Source: Octopus vulgaris
Taxonomy: Eukaryota
Length of the DNA stretch: 64,000 bases
Assembly: GCA_951406725.2 (NCBI GenBank)
Contig: OX597833.1
Span: 51,398,001-51,462,000 of the forward strand
Direction of reading: 5' to 3'
The notes under the pieces are model-generated. The model ran no database searches. It was not told the DNA's origin and saw only the letters and a list, made by a program, of their open reading frames with translations. Every line of letters starts with the position of its first letter. The stretch's first letter is position 1. Below are positions 43,151-56,334 of the stretch, piece after piece. The translations under genes were made by a program, and so were the position numbers.

Positions 43151-43507
43151 GATGGTGATCTCATTCTTGCTCACAACATCATAAGCGGAAAGTGTAACCT
43201 CTCGAAAGAGCTGTTCTTCACGCATGCTCCAGAGCGTCGGCTGCGGGGTCACTCTGAAATGCTCTATCTGCGACGATTTCATCTCAATCGAAGGAGAGGA
43301 GCTTTCTCCGTCCGGGTTGCGGATCCGTGGAATAAGCTGCCGGACGAAATAGTGAAGATGCCAACGACCGCTCGGTTCAAAGTCTCCCTTGACCACAAAT
43401 GGCCTGAACTCTTTGCATGAACACCACCCCGTACATAACTCCATGTCCCCCTACATGGCCTTGCTTTTTGCTTTTTGAGCCAAAAAATTAACTTAACTTA
43501 ATTAATT
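43151..43507 (+). mobile_element. CR1-clade LINE 3' end (ORF2 C-terminus and 3' UTR)
   Basis: GDLILAHNIISG...FF...LRGH...FSVRVADPWNKLPDEIV...FKVSLD, stop 43418-43420; CCATGT/ACATGG hairpin; (TTAAC)n tail. Confidence 0.9.
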
Positions 43508-45498
43508 TATTGATCACGTATTTACTTTATATTGAGCAAAAGGAATAAATTTGTACACCAGTTAATTACTGTGCGCCGGTATTATCTTTATCTGATTTAT
43601 ATTCGTGAGTCTGTTCGTACTCTCGCACACAATCAATTAGGGTCTTCCATACTGGACAAGTCAAAGGAAAGTAGGCCTTGATTAATTATGGACCACCTCT
43701 TTCCAACGGTACAAATAGGTTTGCGTAGGACCGGCATCGCTATCTAGAAGAAAGCTTTCTTATAGATACATCAATAAAGATTCAAAAACCTACAAGATCT
43801 GGGAAAGAAGGCACTTCATCAAAAGAAACATAAGCTGTGGTGCAGTAAAAGCTGAGAGAAAGTTAAAAAGGATGCAGGAATCCAACAGGAGAGAAGCAAG
43901 AAAAAAAATTAAACAAGACACTCCAGTAGAGAAAAACAGTGGAGAAAACTTATCGATGGCTTGTGATTCCTAGGAAACGATGAGCTTAATGTAATGTAAT
44001 ATTTGAGACAACATTAATGTTTAGGCACTTACAGAAAGCAATATTCTTTGGAACTGCTAGAATATGTAGAAAAGTGCTTGGTAATTAAGGGTGCCACCCC
44101 AGTCCACTGGTTGTGGACAGTTGGCACTGTTATTACAACACAAGCAACAAATACTGTGCGACAAGTGAAATGATGATGATGAGGAGGAGGAGGAGGAGGC
44201 GGAGGAGGAGGAGGAAGATGAATACGACGACAACGACGACGATGGTGATGTTAGAGTGGATTTTTTTAATGTCTCCTCATAATACACACAGGTACACACA
44301 ATACCAATAATGATATGTTTCAAAATTTTTATATTTTTCCCCCAGAAAATGGTGAGGATTTTAACTGTAACTAAACTATATACTACAAAAAAAAAATCCC
44401 CTTAGCAGAGAAACCTATGAGGGTTACCCGTGAAAACACCACTAATATACGGGACTGAACCCGGAACCATGTAGTTCGCAAGCAAGCTACTTACCACACA
44501 GCCACTCCAACGCCTAGTTTGATGTTATTTGAAAAAAATTTGGTTAGTGTTTCTAGTTGACCGAACGATCATATAATTCTTTAGTCGTCGGTTCATCACA
44601 GAGGCTGTGCAATGTGGAACACGGATATCATGGAGGCTTGATGATACGCGTATTAGAGCGAGGGTCATAACCTAGAACATTTATGATGTCATAAAAGAGA
44701 TGAACCTACTGTCACATTTCTCTTATGCTGGCTTACCTGATCTCTACGTTTTGAAGACAATACAGTTTGATTGGCGGGGAAATAGTCTGCTTTTTCTAGC
44801 AGCTCAAATAACCACGATGATACTCCCTCTTTTTTTTTTGTATTCTGGTTGATTTTCTATTGAATTTAGACTCCAGACTATTCCCGCTGCATGTTCTTTC
44901 TGTTCATGCTTTTTTTTTTTCTTTCACAGTTATTTCTACATCAGCAGGTTTAATTATCACATGAGTTGATTCATACCTGGTATAGCTTTTTCTCTACTTG
45001 CAATTCAGTTAATTTGTTCTTTTTAAATTTGAGATTAACTTGCCTGATAACGATTCTATATTTTCATATGTTATGTGATATCATGCTGTTTTCTTGTCTG
45101 TCTTTAATTTGTATGAATATTTATCTCTTCAATTTTTTTCCCATTATTTTTGGTTAGTTTCTTCAATCGTACTTCCTAGGTAGCTGCACTCATTTACTGT
45201 TGTCGGCAAAGGAATTGAATGTGTTCCTTATTAGTTCTTGGCAGTTCTATGTTTGGTGTTATTTGTTCCGTGTTGTCTGTTCTGTTGTAAAGTGAATAGT
45301 GTTATTTTCTTATCATTTAGATTTAATATCTATTAACGTATATTTTCCAGTTCAACCATGTTTATTCGGTTAAGTTAGGTTATTTATACTATATTAATCT
45401 ATACAATTTCATGTGTGACAATTATAAACCAGCCATATTTTTCGGAATGCTTGTTAGTCTCTTAGTTCTAGATATACTTCGTAAACCAATTCTATATA

Positions 45499-45675
45499 CA
45501 GTAATTCCTCGATTACCGCGGGTGTTACGTTCCAAAACCTCCCGCGATAGGTGAAAATCCGCGAAGTAGGAACAGTACTGTACTGTATATTCTTTATTAT
45601 TATTTTTATAATTTGTATATATTTATTTTATTATAAATACACAACACCACGGAGGAATCGACGTAAGCTTAAATG
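45499..45675. mobile_element. Left part of the Tigger/pogo-like MITE
   Basis: TA-CAGTAATTCCTCGATTACCGCGGG; colinear with 32417-32500 plus 33340-33435. Confidence 0.8.
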
Positions 45676-45679
45676 ATCA

Positions 45680-45870
45680 TTCATACTCTAGGCACAAGGC
45701 CTGAAAATTTGGGGAAGGAGGCCAGTCGATTAGATCGATCCCAGTACGCAACTGGTACTTAATTTATCGACCCCGAAAGGATGAAAAGCAAAGTCGCCCT
45801 CAGCGGAATGTGAACTCAGAACGTGAATACTGACGAAATATCGTTGAGCATTTCTGCTAGCTCGCCGCTT
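45680..45870 (-). mobile_element. SINE family A (tail type 1)
   Basis: Reverse complement of the family A core. Confidence 0.85.
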
Positions 45871-46943
45871 TGAAAGGTAAAAATACTGAGATTTACTTAG
45901 CTAGAAGCAATGCTTTTTATAACTTTTATATAATATGATGTAGTTAATTTCTATCTTATACATTAGTAATCTGTGCTAACGCTCCTGATCGTTCGACCAA
46001 GCACCTAATGGGTCATAGGTCAGGCTAACCAAGAGGTTCAAATAACATAGATATCAACAATCCTTCCGAATTAGTCTTTCTGTTCCATAAACTTAGCAAC
46101 GTTTTTACCACCAAACTTGGTAAAGCGGTTGGTCTATAAAAATTGGTACTTATATGAGGAATCCTGTCCCTTCCTTTAGAAATTCTCAAGCTCGTTTATA
46201 AGTATTTCTTTCGTAGATTCGGGGTAAATTGACGTGGTTGGGGTAACTGGAGATAGAGTTAAAAAAGAAAATTTAGTTTAAATTTTGCGCCCGGTTGCTG
46301 ATACGAATTTTAGCTGAGATTTGACATACTTAATGCAGTGAACTGAAATATTTTTTATTAATTAAAATTGTAGTTGTAATGAAGAGGAAATTCATTGGCA
46401 TTAATAATTTAAGTATCGTAAAAAAAAAAACGACAAGGGGAGATAACTTCAATATCCAAATCAATGAAATGTTGAAGAGAAGCAGTCAATAATGGATGAG
46501 TTTAGGCTGTGGTAAGTACGGTGACAATTAAGTGTGAGATTATCCTTTCTACTAAAGGTACAAGACCTAAAAGTTAGCCGTGACTGGAATTCGAAATCAA
46601 AACACGAAGAAGCGCTACTAAAGTATTTCACTACACTTGGTCCTACGTTCTATCAATTCTACCAACCCATCACAATTTCTTTCAACACTTTACTATTTCT
46701 GCCAATCTATGACCATCATTTTTGTCTGAAGATCTATCAATCGTGCAAAAATATCGCTTTTGTTCCCCACGCCAAGGTTCTACAAGTTGTGTCAATAAAT
46801 TGTGCTTTTGAGTTATCTACAGCATTGCGTTTTGAGGACATAGTTCGGTGTTCGTACACTACTACATCTGTTTTGAGTTGTGATGAGAATACATTCATTC
46901 ATTCAATGAGGTAAATCCGAGGCGTGGTTATTGCTAGTTGAAA

Positions 46944-47005
<62 letters not shown>

Positions 47006-47487
47006 CATTACACATATATATACATAAATTATAGATATAAGTGCGTGTGTTTGTGCGTGTGTATGCATATATATGTACCATTTATATATACATATATGCA
47101 TATATGCATACATATTTGCATACATATATATGTATGAACTTTTACGGTACGCATGCGTATGTGTATGAGGTTGTATATATATGCGTATATATTTTGCGAA
47201 AAATGCGAGTGAAGATGTGTACGTTTTCATAGTGACGTATAAGCACGCACGTGGGTTCGCGAGCAGAATTATAATACAGTAATTTCCCTTTATATAACGG
47301 TATTTTTTCATAGCGTTTTTCAGATAGCCAGATAACCGAAGAGATGGTGTTGTGGATTTCCACTTCGGCATCTGAAATTCAGAGTTTTATCTTGACTATT
47401 GAGTAATGTAACATATTATTTTATAGATAAATTTCCTCTATTTACATAATATTGAGGTCTCTTTCTTTTGTTATCTCACCGTTTTTA

Positions 47488-47534
<47 letters not shown>

Positions 47535-47618
47535 AATCCAAACGGGAAAACAAAAAAACAACAATGGAACAATTACAGTATTATTATTAATAGGCGCTCA
47601 GGAAATGGAAGCAGGAAG

Positions 47619-47655
47619 GTATGACGTTTCGAGCGGAGCTCTTCGTCGGAAACAT
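47619..47655 (-). ncRNA. Minimal type-I hammerhead ribozyme motif (CCGACGA core)
   Basis: GUUU-CCGACGA-A-GAGC(UCC)GCUC-GAAA-CG-UC^AUAC. Confidence 0.8.
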
Positions 47656-48329
47656 AAAGAAGGAAGAGAGAGGAAAGAAAGATCCCAAAGCGGGCAACAG
47701 GAGATAGAGAAAAAAACGACTGGTGTTTACGAGTTACACATGGTGAAAGGCGGAAGTTTACGATAACAAGAGCAAAGTAGGTTTTTAAAGCCAAAAGAGT
47801 GGAGACAAGGTTGGTAACGCAACAGATGTGTGTGTATGTGTGAGTGTGTGCGTGTGCGTGTGTGTATGTGTGTGTGTGAGGCGAGATAAAAAACAAAAAA
47901 TATATGTATGTGTTAGTGTGTGCGTCTGTGTGTAGGCGTGTGAGGTAGGGCGAGACAGTAGTAGGCATAGCAGACAGTGGTCAGTAGTAAGAAAAAGAAG
48001 GAAGGAGGAAGGGAGGGAGGGGAAGGGGTGGGGGCGTATGTAGCGTGCCAGCGTGTGTTGAGTAGTAGTGTGTGTGTGTGTCCAGTGTCGTGGTAGTATT
48101 AATGGCGAGTAGATTGAATGTGTGTAAGAGTAATGTATGTATTTAAGCAATGTGTGTATATGTGTGCGCGCGTGTGTGTAACAAAAAAAGGGGGGGTTAA
48201 GGAAAAAGGACTCCAGCTGAGGGGAAGATGGAAGAGTGGTCCCGCAGAGACGGGCGTGGGAAAACCCAACGACAAGCGACGGTCCCAGGAACGAGCGGGA
48301 GGTCTCGTCGGGTCCAAGAGCGAGGTGCA

Positions 48330-50260
48330 TGCAGCGCGTATGCGTGCGCGAACCGGCGCAAGCGCGTGTGTGCGCGCGCCTGCGAGTGTGCGCGTAAGTA
48401 TGTATGTGTGTGGATGTGTGTGTGTGTCTGTGTGTATGTCTGGGTGTCAGTGTGTCCGATGAATGTATGTGAGTATGTGTGTATATATGTGTGTGCATAG
48501 ATGTATGTCCGTGTGTGTGTGTGTGTGTGTATGTGTATGAGTGTGTGTGTATGTACGTGTGGGTGTGTGGAAGTGTGTGTATGTGCATGTGTGTGCGCGT
48601 ACATACAGGTGTGTGAGTGAGTGTGTGTGTGTGTATGTATGTGTGAGTGTGTATGTATGTGTGTGTAGGATGCATGTATGTGTATGGGTGTATGTATGTG
48701 TGTATGTATGTATGTGTACGTGCGTGTGTGTGTGTGTATGCGTGTAGGTGTGCGCGTGTGCATGGATGCATGCATGTGCGTATGTGTGTGTGTGTGTGCA
48801 TGCGTGTGGGTATATATGTATGTGCGTATATGTGTGTGTATGTGCGTACATGTGTGTGTGTGTATGCATGTGTGTGTGTAGGTGTGTAGGCGTGTGTGTA
48901 TAGGTGTATGTATGTAAGTATGTATGGGTGTGTCCGTGTATGTGTGTGTATGTATGTGTGCATGTAGGTGTGTGGGCGTGTGTATATGTGTGTGTATGTA
49001 GGTGTGTGGGCGTGTGTATATAGGTGTATGTATGTATGTCTGGGTGTGTCCGTGCATGTTTGTGTGTGTGTGTGTATGCATGTGTATGTAGGTGTGTGTG
49101 TACGTGTGTAATGTATGTGTGTATGCGTGTGTGTGCGTGTGTATGCGTGCGTGTGTGTATGTAGGTGCGTGTGTATGTGTGTGGGAGTGTAGGTGTGTGT
49201 GTGCGTGTGCGTGTTTATGTTGGTGTGTGCGTATGTGAGTGTGAGTGTATGGGTGTTTGTCATGCATGTGTGTGCGCGTGCAGGTGAGTGTGTGTGTAAG
49301 TATGTGTGTGTGTATGTTTGTGTGAGTGTGTATGTGTGTATGTCTGTGTGTATGTATGTGCGTATAGGAGTATATAGGTATGTGTGTGTGTGTATGTGTA
49401 TGGGTGTATGTATGTATGTGTGTGTGTGTGCATGTGTATAAGTATATGTGTGTCTGCGTATGTGTGTGTATGTGTATGTGTGTGTGTTTATGTATGTGTG
49501 TATGTATGTGTGTAGGCGTGTGTGTGTAGATGTATGTATGTATGGGTGTGTGTCTGTGTGTGTTTGTGTGTGTGTGTAGGTAGGTGTGTGTGTCTGAGTG
49601 AGGGTATGGCTGTGTAGGTGTGTGTGTGTATGAATGTAAGTGTGTGTGTGTACAAGTGTAATGTATGTATGTAGGTGTGTGTGTGTGTGTGTATGTGTAC
49701 GTGTGCGTGTGTATGTGTGTGTGTGTATGCGTGTGAGTGTGAGTGTATGGGTGTATGTCTGTGTGTGTGTATGTCTGAAGTAGGTATGTGTGTGTATGTA
49801 TGTATGTGTGTGTGTGTGCGGGTATGTGTGAGTGTGTGTGTATGTGTGTGTGTGAGTAGGTGTGCCTGGATGCAAAAAGGTGTATGTGTGTGTGCATTCA
49901 GTGTAAGGGTGTGCATGTGTGGGTATGTATGTATGTGTGTGCCTACATGTATGTGTGCATGTGTGTGTGTGTGAAGTATGTACGTGCGGTGTGTGTGTGT
50001 GCATGTGTGTGTGTGTATGTGCGTATGTATGTGTGTATGTATGTGTGTATGTATGTCTGTGTGTGTGTGTGTGTGTAAGTATGTATGTGTGTGTGTATGT
50101 ATGTATGTGTGTGTATGTGCATGTTGGTTTGTATGTTAGTGTGTGCATGTATGTCTATAAGTGTGTGTGATTAAATGTGTGAATGTATGTACGTAGATGG
50201 GTCTACGTATGTGTGTGTGTGAACAGGCGTGTGGGAGGTAGGTGGGTGGGTGTGTGTGGG
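48330..50260. repeat. ~1.9-kb degenerate (TG/TA/CG) low-complexity tract
   Basis: Direct reading; source of the His/Thr/Tyr 787-aa and 566-aa ORFs. Confidence 0.95.
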
Positions 50261-50292
50261 TGGTGTATCCGGGAAAAAAAAAAAAGCGGATC

Positions 50293-51312
50293 TCAAGAGG
50301 AGGGGGCTGTGTTAAGTCCGTGTGGGGTGGTAGTTTGTAGGGTGAAGATGTAGCGTTGCTCCAAGTGGAGCCTGGAAAGTGGGCGACCATTGTGGGGGGC
50401 GAGACCAAACACTGAGATGTCATCTAGGGAATGGCCGGCCGAGCGGAAGTGGCGTGCGACGGGGGAAAAAGAGTGTAGGCGAACGTCCCTCAAATGTTCA
50501 GTGAAACGGTCGGACAACCGGCGTCCCGTCTGTCCTACATACAGCATCCCGCATAGGTTGCATTTAATGCAGTAAATAAGGCCAGACGAGGTGCACGTAA
50601 AAGAGTGCCTAATGCGTACAGTATGCTGGTTGGAGCCGGTGACAGCGGTGGTGTTGGTGATGAAGGGGCAAGTGTTGCAGCGGGATCTAGAGCAAGGGAA
50701 TGATCCGTGTGGGGCTGAGGGGGAAGGAGAGAGGGTGCTGTGGACCAGGAGGTCACGCAGATTGCGGGCTCGTTTGAAAGAGGACAGGGGTGGGTTAGGG
50801 AAAATGGGGCGGGTGGTGGGATCAAGCTGGAGGCGACGGAAGGCACGTAGTATCTTGCGACGAAGGGGTAGGGTAGAGGGGTGGAAAAGGAGGGGGAAGG
50901 GGTGTGGTTGGGGGGTGGGCGGGGGGAAGGAGACAGGGCGGTAGTGCGGTCGATGCGACGGGCGCGGGTGAGGGCATCAGAGAGGAGTATGGGTGGGTAA
51001 CCTCGGAGTCTGAACATGCGGGCCAGGTATTGAGATTGGGTCTCGAAATCCTGGTCGCGGCTGCACAAACGTCGGAGGCGGAGGAACTGGGAGTAGGGGA
51101 TGGCTCGTTTGGTGTGGAAGGGGTGGGAGGAAGAGAAGTTGAGATAGAAGGTGGGAATCCGTAGGTTTAAAGAAGGCGGTGGTGGTGAGAGAGTTGGAGG
51201 GGTGATCGATGCGGAGAGAGATGTCAAGGAAGTTGACAGAGGTGTGTTGGAGATGGTGGAGGTGAATTGAAGAGAGGGGTGAAAGTTGGAAAGGAAAGAG
51301 ATGAATTGGCAG
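50293..51312 (-). pseudogene. Penelope-like RT C-terminus/thumb, Cys linker and GIY-YIG endonuclease (frameshifted)
   Basis: NFHPSLQFT..VNFLD..KPTDSH/YLNFSSSHP..IPYSQFLRLRRLCS..NLRDLLV..PCSRSRCNTC..LIYCIKCNLCGMLYVGQTGRRLSDRFTEH..HF..LEQRYI..PHGLN. Confidence 0.95.
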
Positions 51313-51383
51313 AGAAATATATATATATATATATATATTTATACATATATAATCAAAATAAGCAACAAGGATATCCAGAGGTA

Positions 51384-51472
51384 ATGCAGTACGATCGTTT
51401 CATGCAACTCCATTTAATTGAACAATGTAATCATTACATCAGTTTAAAATGCAGAGCAATCCTAAGCTGCAC
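51384..51472 (-). ncRNA. Degenerate type-I hammerhead motif with extended stem II
   Basis: GUGCAG-CUUAGGA-UUGC...GCAU-GAAA-CGAUCG-UA^CUGCAU; 6-bp stem I; core G5 changed to U. Confidence 0.65.
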
Positions 51473-51509
51473 AAAGACATATAATTTAATTCAATTAGGA
51501 CAGGTGGAC

Positions 51510-51546
<37 letters not shown>

Positions 51547-51600
51547 TCCTCTTTCTGTTTTATATTTATATTTTGCATTCATATACTTACTGACACAAAT

Positions 51601-51645
<45 letters not shown>

Positions 51646-52500
51646 TACATATTAGTAAATATATGTATTTATCAATACGACGAAGTCATTTCTACCTCAC
51701 TTACAAATATATCCACAGCATTCAAACTAGCACTGGCAGATACGTTTATGAGCAAAACGAAAAGTATAAACTGAGAATAAATGTATGGATTAAGCAAAAA
51801 TCATAAATCATACGATTGGGATTTTCGGAATTTTGCTGACAATCAGGACTGTTTTAAAAATACAAATTTTGAAATGGAAACGAATTTGTTTCCATAGAGA
51901 ATCGAAACTAGTTCGGAACCTGCCAAAATTCTCGCTAAACTTCACAAATCAGGGAAAACATTCAAGTAACGTCAGCAATTAAAGATCCATACGTAAGGAG
52001 CATGTTTTCTTTGAGCCAAATTCAACACAAACAGAGCAACGGCCAACTCCCCCGTCGATGCTAATACAAACATTGGTAAACAGATTTAAAAACTACGGAC
52101 CTCCGCCAAAATTCGCCTTCAACCTTGACACTTAGCGCAAATACCCGTTCATGCATATCGGAAGAATTCTAGAAGGTGGAAAGTTAACGGTGAAGTTTGG
52201 TTTATTTTATTTCGAGTTTATTTTTCTGGTATGTTTATTGTAGATATTTCCAATACAAGTTTATTTGTCTTTAGTGTCTGGAAGATTCGCCTTCCATGTC
52301 AAGTATGTGATTTAAGTGAAGTTCGAGTCGTTTTTTTTTTTCCATACATATACATATATAAAACACTAGTTGTACAATTTCTAAAACACGCACCCAGTCA
52401 ATTATCTAGACAGGACGAGGACAAATCGTTCGCACGATGCTCGTAAGTATATGAAGATCGTCTTCGCACACATGTACATACCAATATACATACATAAATG

Positions 52501-52679
52501 TGAAGGCGCATGGCTGAGTTGTTAGAGCGTCGGGCTCACGTTTATGAGGCAGTGAGTTCAATTCCCGGTTCGGGCTGTGTGTCGTATTCTTGAGCAAGAT
52601 ACTTTGATTTACGTTGCTTCAGTTCACTCAGTTGTAGAAATGACCTGCGAGGTCATTGGTGCCAAGCTGTATCGTCCTT
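52501..52679 (+). mobile_element. SINE family D (3'-truncated)
   Basis: Homologous to 20100-20278. Confidence 0.85.
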
Positions 52680-52843
52680 GTTGAGTATTTCCTATATATT
52701 TCAGATGAAGACTACATCTAGACATGTGGTGGCAAGTAAATATCATTTGATATGGTCGGTCCAAGAAAGTCGTAATGAACGTGGCACTCTAGCTAGCCAC
52801 TTCCGGGCCGATTTTTCGTCTCCCTCCTATATACACACGCACA

Positions 52844-52916
<73 letters not shown>

Positions 52917-53616
52917 TACACACATACATATTGTTTTAACAGAGCACGTCAATAGGTGTTTCTATTTGGGACGAAAAGTACAGTAATTTACTCCTCAATG
53001 GTGAGCATACGTTAAGTATGATACACAGATTACTATTTCCTACTATATCTAGATACTTGTATTCATCATCGGTGTGGTTGTATTGATAAAATAATGAATG
53101 CAACTTGGAAAAACTATTACAGAACATCTTCAGTGCATATAAGATTAAGGAGATGGTTTTCCTAAAGCTGTAATTAATTTTGTAAAATTTATTCTTAATT
53201 TTGAATAAATTATCTTCCATTTATTTGTGAATTACTAATACATGCCGCTAGACTTATATTTTCCTTCTCTAGCTAAATGGGAATTTTTTGTTATTCGAAA
53301 ATGTTTCCGTACATTAGTGAGTACGTCTAACCCATATTTTATTAACCATTATGCTTAATTAACTTAAATATGATTTAAAATTTAATGCAAGGCGTGTACG
53401 TCATTATATAGTTTAATTATGATGTCTTACTTTACATATTGCGTAAATTCATACACAGTCACACATATATACACACGCACACGTACACTCAAGCATATGC
53501 GAGTATGTATGTAAGTATGTGTATTCATGTATACATGAAAACATATATAGTTTCGTCTCTTTCCTCTACATAAATATGTGTATTTGTGTATGTGTGTATG
53601 TGTGTATGTATTTATG

Positions 53617-53990
53617 CAGGGTGCTGTGAATATATTGTCTACTAAATTACGCAAAAATGAAAATAACACTGACATCTCATTTTAACAGCGATAGGTGTTT
53701 ACCAAAATTATTTACCAAAATTACATGAAAATATCTTGAAATACTAAAGCGTAAATTCATTCAATAAAATCGCCATTTGGTTTCAACCACGGCCTGCTGA
53801 CGACTTCGGAATCTCCTGCGACTCTTCTGGACAGTCTCCTTGTTTAAGTTGAAGATTGCTGCCATAATCCTTGCTTCCAGTTCATTTTTGATGTTACAAG
53901 GAGTTTTGTTGGTCTCTCGCTCAACTACGCCCCACATAATAATCAAGGAAGTTGCAGTGTGGGAAGTAAGGTGGCCAGATGCTAAAGGTA
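53617..53990 (-). mobile_element. Tc1/mariner-superfamily transposase 3' relic with TIR
   Basis: IWPPYFPHCNFLDYY[fs]WGVVERETN (WPxxSPDLNPLDYxxWG-like); end CAGGGTGCTG. Confidence 0.8.
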
Positions 53991-54002
53991 AAGGATGCTA
54001 AA

Positions 54003-54242
54003 GGTGGCGACATGGCAGAATCGTTAGCACGCCGGGCGAAATGCTTAGCGGTATTTCGTCTGCCGCTACGTTCTGAGTTCAAATTTCGCCGAGGTCGACT
54101 TTGCCTTTCATCCTTTCGGGGTCAATAAATTAAGTACCAGTTACGCATTGGGGTCGATGTAATCGACTTAATCCGTTTGTCTGTCCTTGTTTGTCTCCTC
54201 TATGTTTAACCCCTTGAGGGTAATAAAGAAACAAGGAATAGG
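54003..54242 (+). mobile_element. SINE family A (tail type 2)
   Basis: Full-length copy. Confidence 0.9.
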
Positions 54243-54918
54243 TCCGATAACGCATCTGCCGTAATTGCACACCATACTGTACACCTTATAGGGTGCAATT
54301 CTCTTTGGTGTACTGCTCTCGGGTTCTCAGAGTCCCCAAACCAGTAATTTTGTGTGTTGAACCTATTCAAATGAAAATGAGCTTCATCAGACATGATCAA
54401 TTTTTGTGCAAAATTTGGGTAATTTAATATTAATTCCTGGATTCTGACCGCGTACTGGAACCTATCTTCATAGCTATGGGGCTCTTGAATCAACAGTACC
54501 TTGTGTAGAAAAAGGCTGACGAGAATTCTTTGCAGCGAAGTTCGAGAAATCCCAAGCTGTTTTAATCGCCTTTGAGTCGACGTGCCCGGATTCTGTTCAG
54601 CACTGTCTCCCACTCGTTCCCTTGCCTCATCAGTTATGAGGGTTCGAGGCCTCCCAGATCGTGGGAGATCGCTTAGTGCGCTTTCTTTTCCAAAACGACG
54701 AACTAAGTTCATAATTGTGACGACGATATGCTCTCTCGGTTTGAATAATTGACCTCTGATTTTGAAAGAACAATTTCACCACTTGGGTGCGTTGTGCGGT
54801 GCCATGTTTCCCATAATTAATTTCCAGGACCTAGTCCATAAAATCCCTGGAAAAAAATAAAGAAATAAAAGATATATCATAAATTGCAACCCCTCAGTTG
54901 ACTTTTGGGCCGCCCTGT
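54243..54918 (-). mobile_element. Tc1/mariner-superfamily (rosa/maT-like) transposase 5' relic with TIR
   Basis: DLPRSGRPRT, HTH LGISRTSLQRIL, SDEAHFHLN..NTQN..SENP..HP..CTVWC; end TA-CAGGGCGGCCCAAAAGTC. Confidence 0.88.
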
Positions 54919-55264
54919 ATGTATATATGATGAGCTTGTAAAAGTTATAAATATTAACCAAGTTCCTCCCAAATTCTATCCTACCCACATATAAAAAAAA
55001 TAGGAAAGACATAAATTTGTAATATAATGAAAGATATATAAAAAAATAACAGATGGCCATAGCTGGCACACCCTTGATCATAGTTTTGTTTGATCACTGC
55101 GCATTTGAGATTAAGCAGCAACATCAACACACACATCAGCTACAACAACACCACTATCCGCAACAACAACAACAACAACAACAAAGTCCTTTCCACTGAA
55201 ATGAAATACATAAAATAGTTTCCTACACCAAAATTCTGGAAAAGTGTCTCAGTGTACAAATGTA

Positions 55265-55530
55265 TTGGGTTGTCCGGAAAGTTCGTGCCGATTAGATTTC
55301 GACTTATTTTAGAAAATGGTTGAGTCCATAAAATAGGATTTGACTACACCTCCATTTAGAGCACAGTTTAAGCTACCTTTTCGTGGAAGAAGATTTATGT
55401 TCCTATAACCTGTGTTAATTCTGTAACCCTTTAAAATGGAAGATAAGAAAGTTCATTTTTGGCACTAGATGCTTTGGGAACCAGACAAAAATTGCTACAG
55501 CTCGGCTGGAATGTGTTATCCCACCCTGAT
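55265..55530 (+). mobile_element. Internally deleted mariner element
   Basis: TA-TTGGGTTGTCCGGAAAGTTCG TIR; MEDKKVHF start; then LGTRQKLLQLGWNVLSHP. Confidence 0.8.
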
Positions 55531-55977
55531 GCTTTTTGTTCCTGGTGCCGCAAGCCATAACCTGATATACGGAGACATCGTTCTCTGACGTTGATGTTCA
55601 CTTCTGGAAAACTTCCACAGAAAAACATATACAAATAAAAAATAGCGAAAGCCCGCAAATAAGGTTTTAGATATCTAATACGCAACGATGGTACGAATAA
55701 TTCTGGATTTGAAAAGGTAGCAGTGCATGACCAATATAGATATCACTGCTATTATGCAAAAATATTCTAAGTCCAAACGTTGCTTTTTCAGAAAATGAAA
55801 AAACAATTTCGCTATTCCATAACAAAACCGTTGTACTACACTTTTACAATTTTTCATATCATGGCATCTGAAGTAGCTGGAGAATCGATAGTTTGACCAA
55901 AAGAACTGGCTATTGCAAGCAAAAATAAGTATTGAAAAATCCGCATTTGGCCAAATTTGGACATACGACAGTTTAAC

Positions 55978-56052
<75 letters not shown>

Positions 56053-56125
56053 TTATTAATAGTAATGGTAAGACAACAAAAGAATGGAAGAAACCTCGAT
56101 ATTATGTAAATAGAGGAATTTAGCC

Positions 56126-56292
56126 GTAGTATATGTGACAATTAATCGGTTGCCATAATAAAACTCCGAGTTTCGGATGTCGGGGCGGCATCTCTTCAGT
56201 TATCGAGACAAGAGATGCCGGTGCAGGGATCCGCCCCGATATCCGAAACTCAGAATTTAATTATGGCAATAATTTGTCACATATTATACTAC
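56126..56292. mobile_element. Fold-back element with a hammerhead motif in each arm, between two (TA)n tracts
   Basis: Imperfect inverted arms GTAGTAT..TGTGACAA..TTGCCATAAT..GAGTTTCGGAT.TCGGGGCGG and their complement. Confidence 0.75.
56157..56204 (-). ncRNA. Type-I hammerhead motif (CUGAAGA core, extra C before GAAA)
   Basis: GAUAA-CUGAAGA-GAUG(CCGCCCCGA)CAUC-C-GAAA-CUCGGAG-UU^UUAUU. Confidence 0.7.
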
Positions 56293-56334
56293 AGATATGT
56301 ATATACTGCTTTGCGTTCTTGTCCCATTTTGTAT

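Larger units (their letters stand above)
47530..51312 (-). mobile_element. 5'-truncated Penelope-like retroelement (Neptune type) with long simple-sequence 3' region and hammerhead-bearing pLTR
   Basis: ORF remnant 51312-50293, CA-rich region ~50260-48330, hammerhead at 47619-47655, (TA)n at both ends. Treating it as one element is an inference. Confidence 0.75.

Noticed and set aside
43109-43444. 111-aa minus-strand ORF as a host gene
   Set aside because: It is the antisense of the CR1 ORF2 C-terminus.
47785-50148. 787-aa His/Thr/Tyr-rich ORF and overlapping 566-aa ORF
   Set aside because: Translation of a degenerate CA/TA repeat; several frames are open and no domain is present.
51140-51230. 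Apparent in-frame deletion of the Penelope RT core (LRIPTFYL joined to NFSSSHP)
   Set aside because: Another frame gives the expected VNFLD..KPTDSH directly upstream, so it is only a frameshift.
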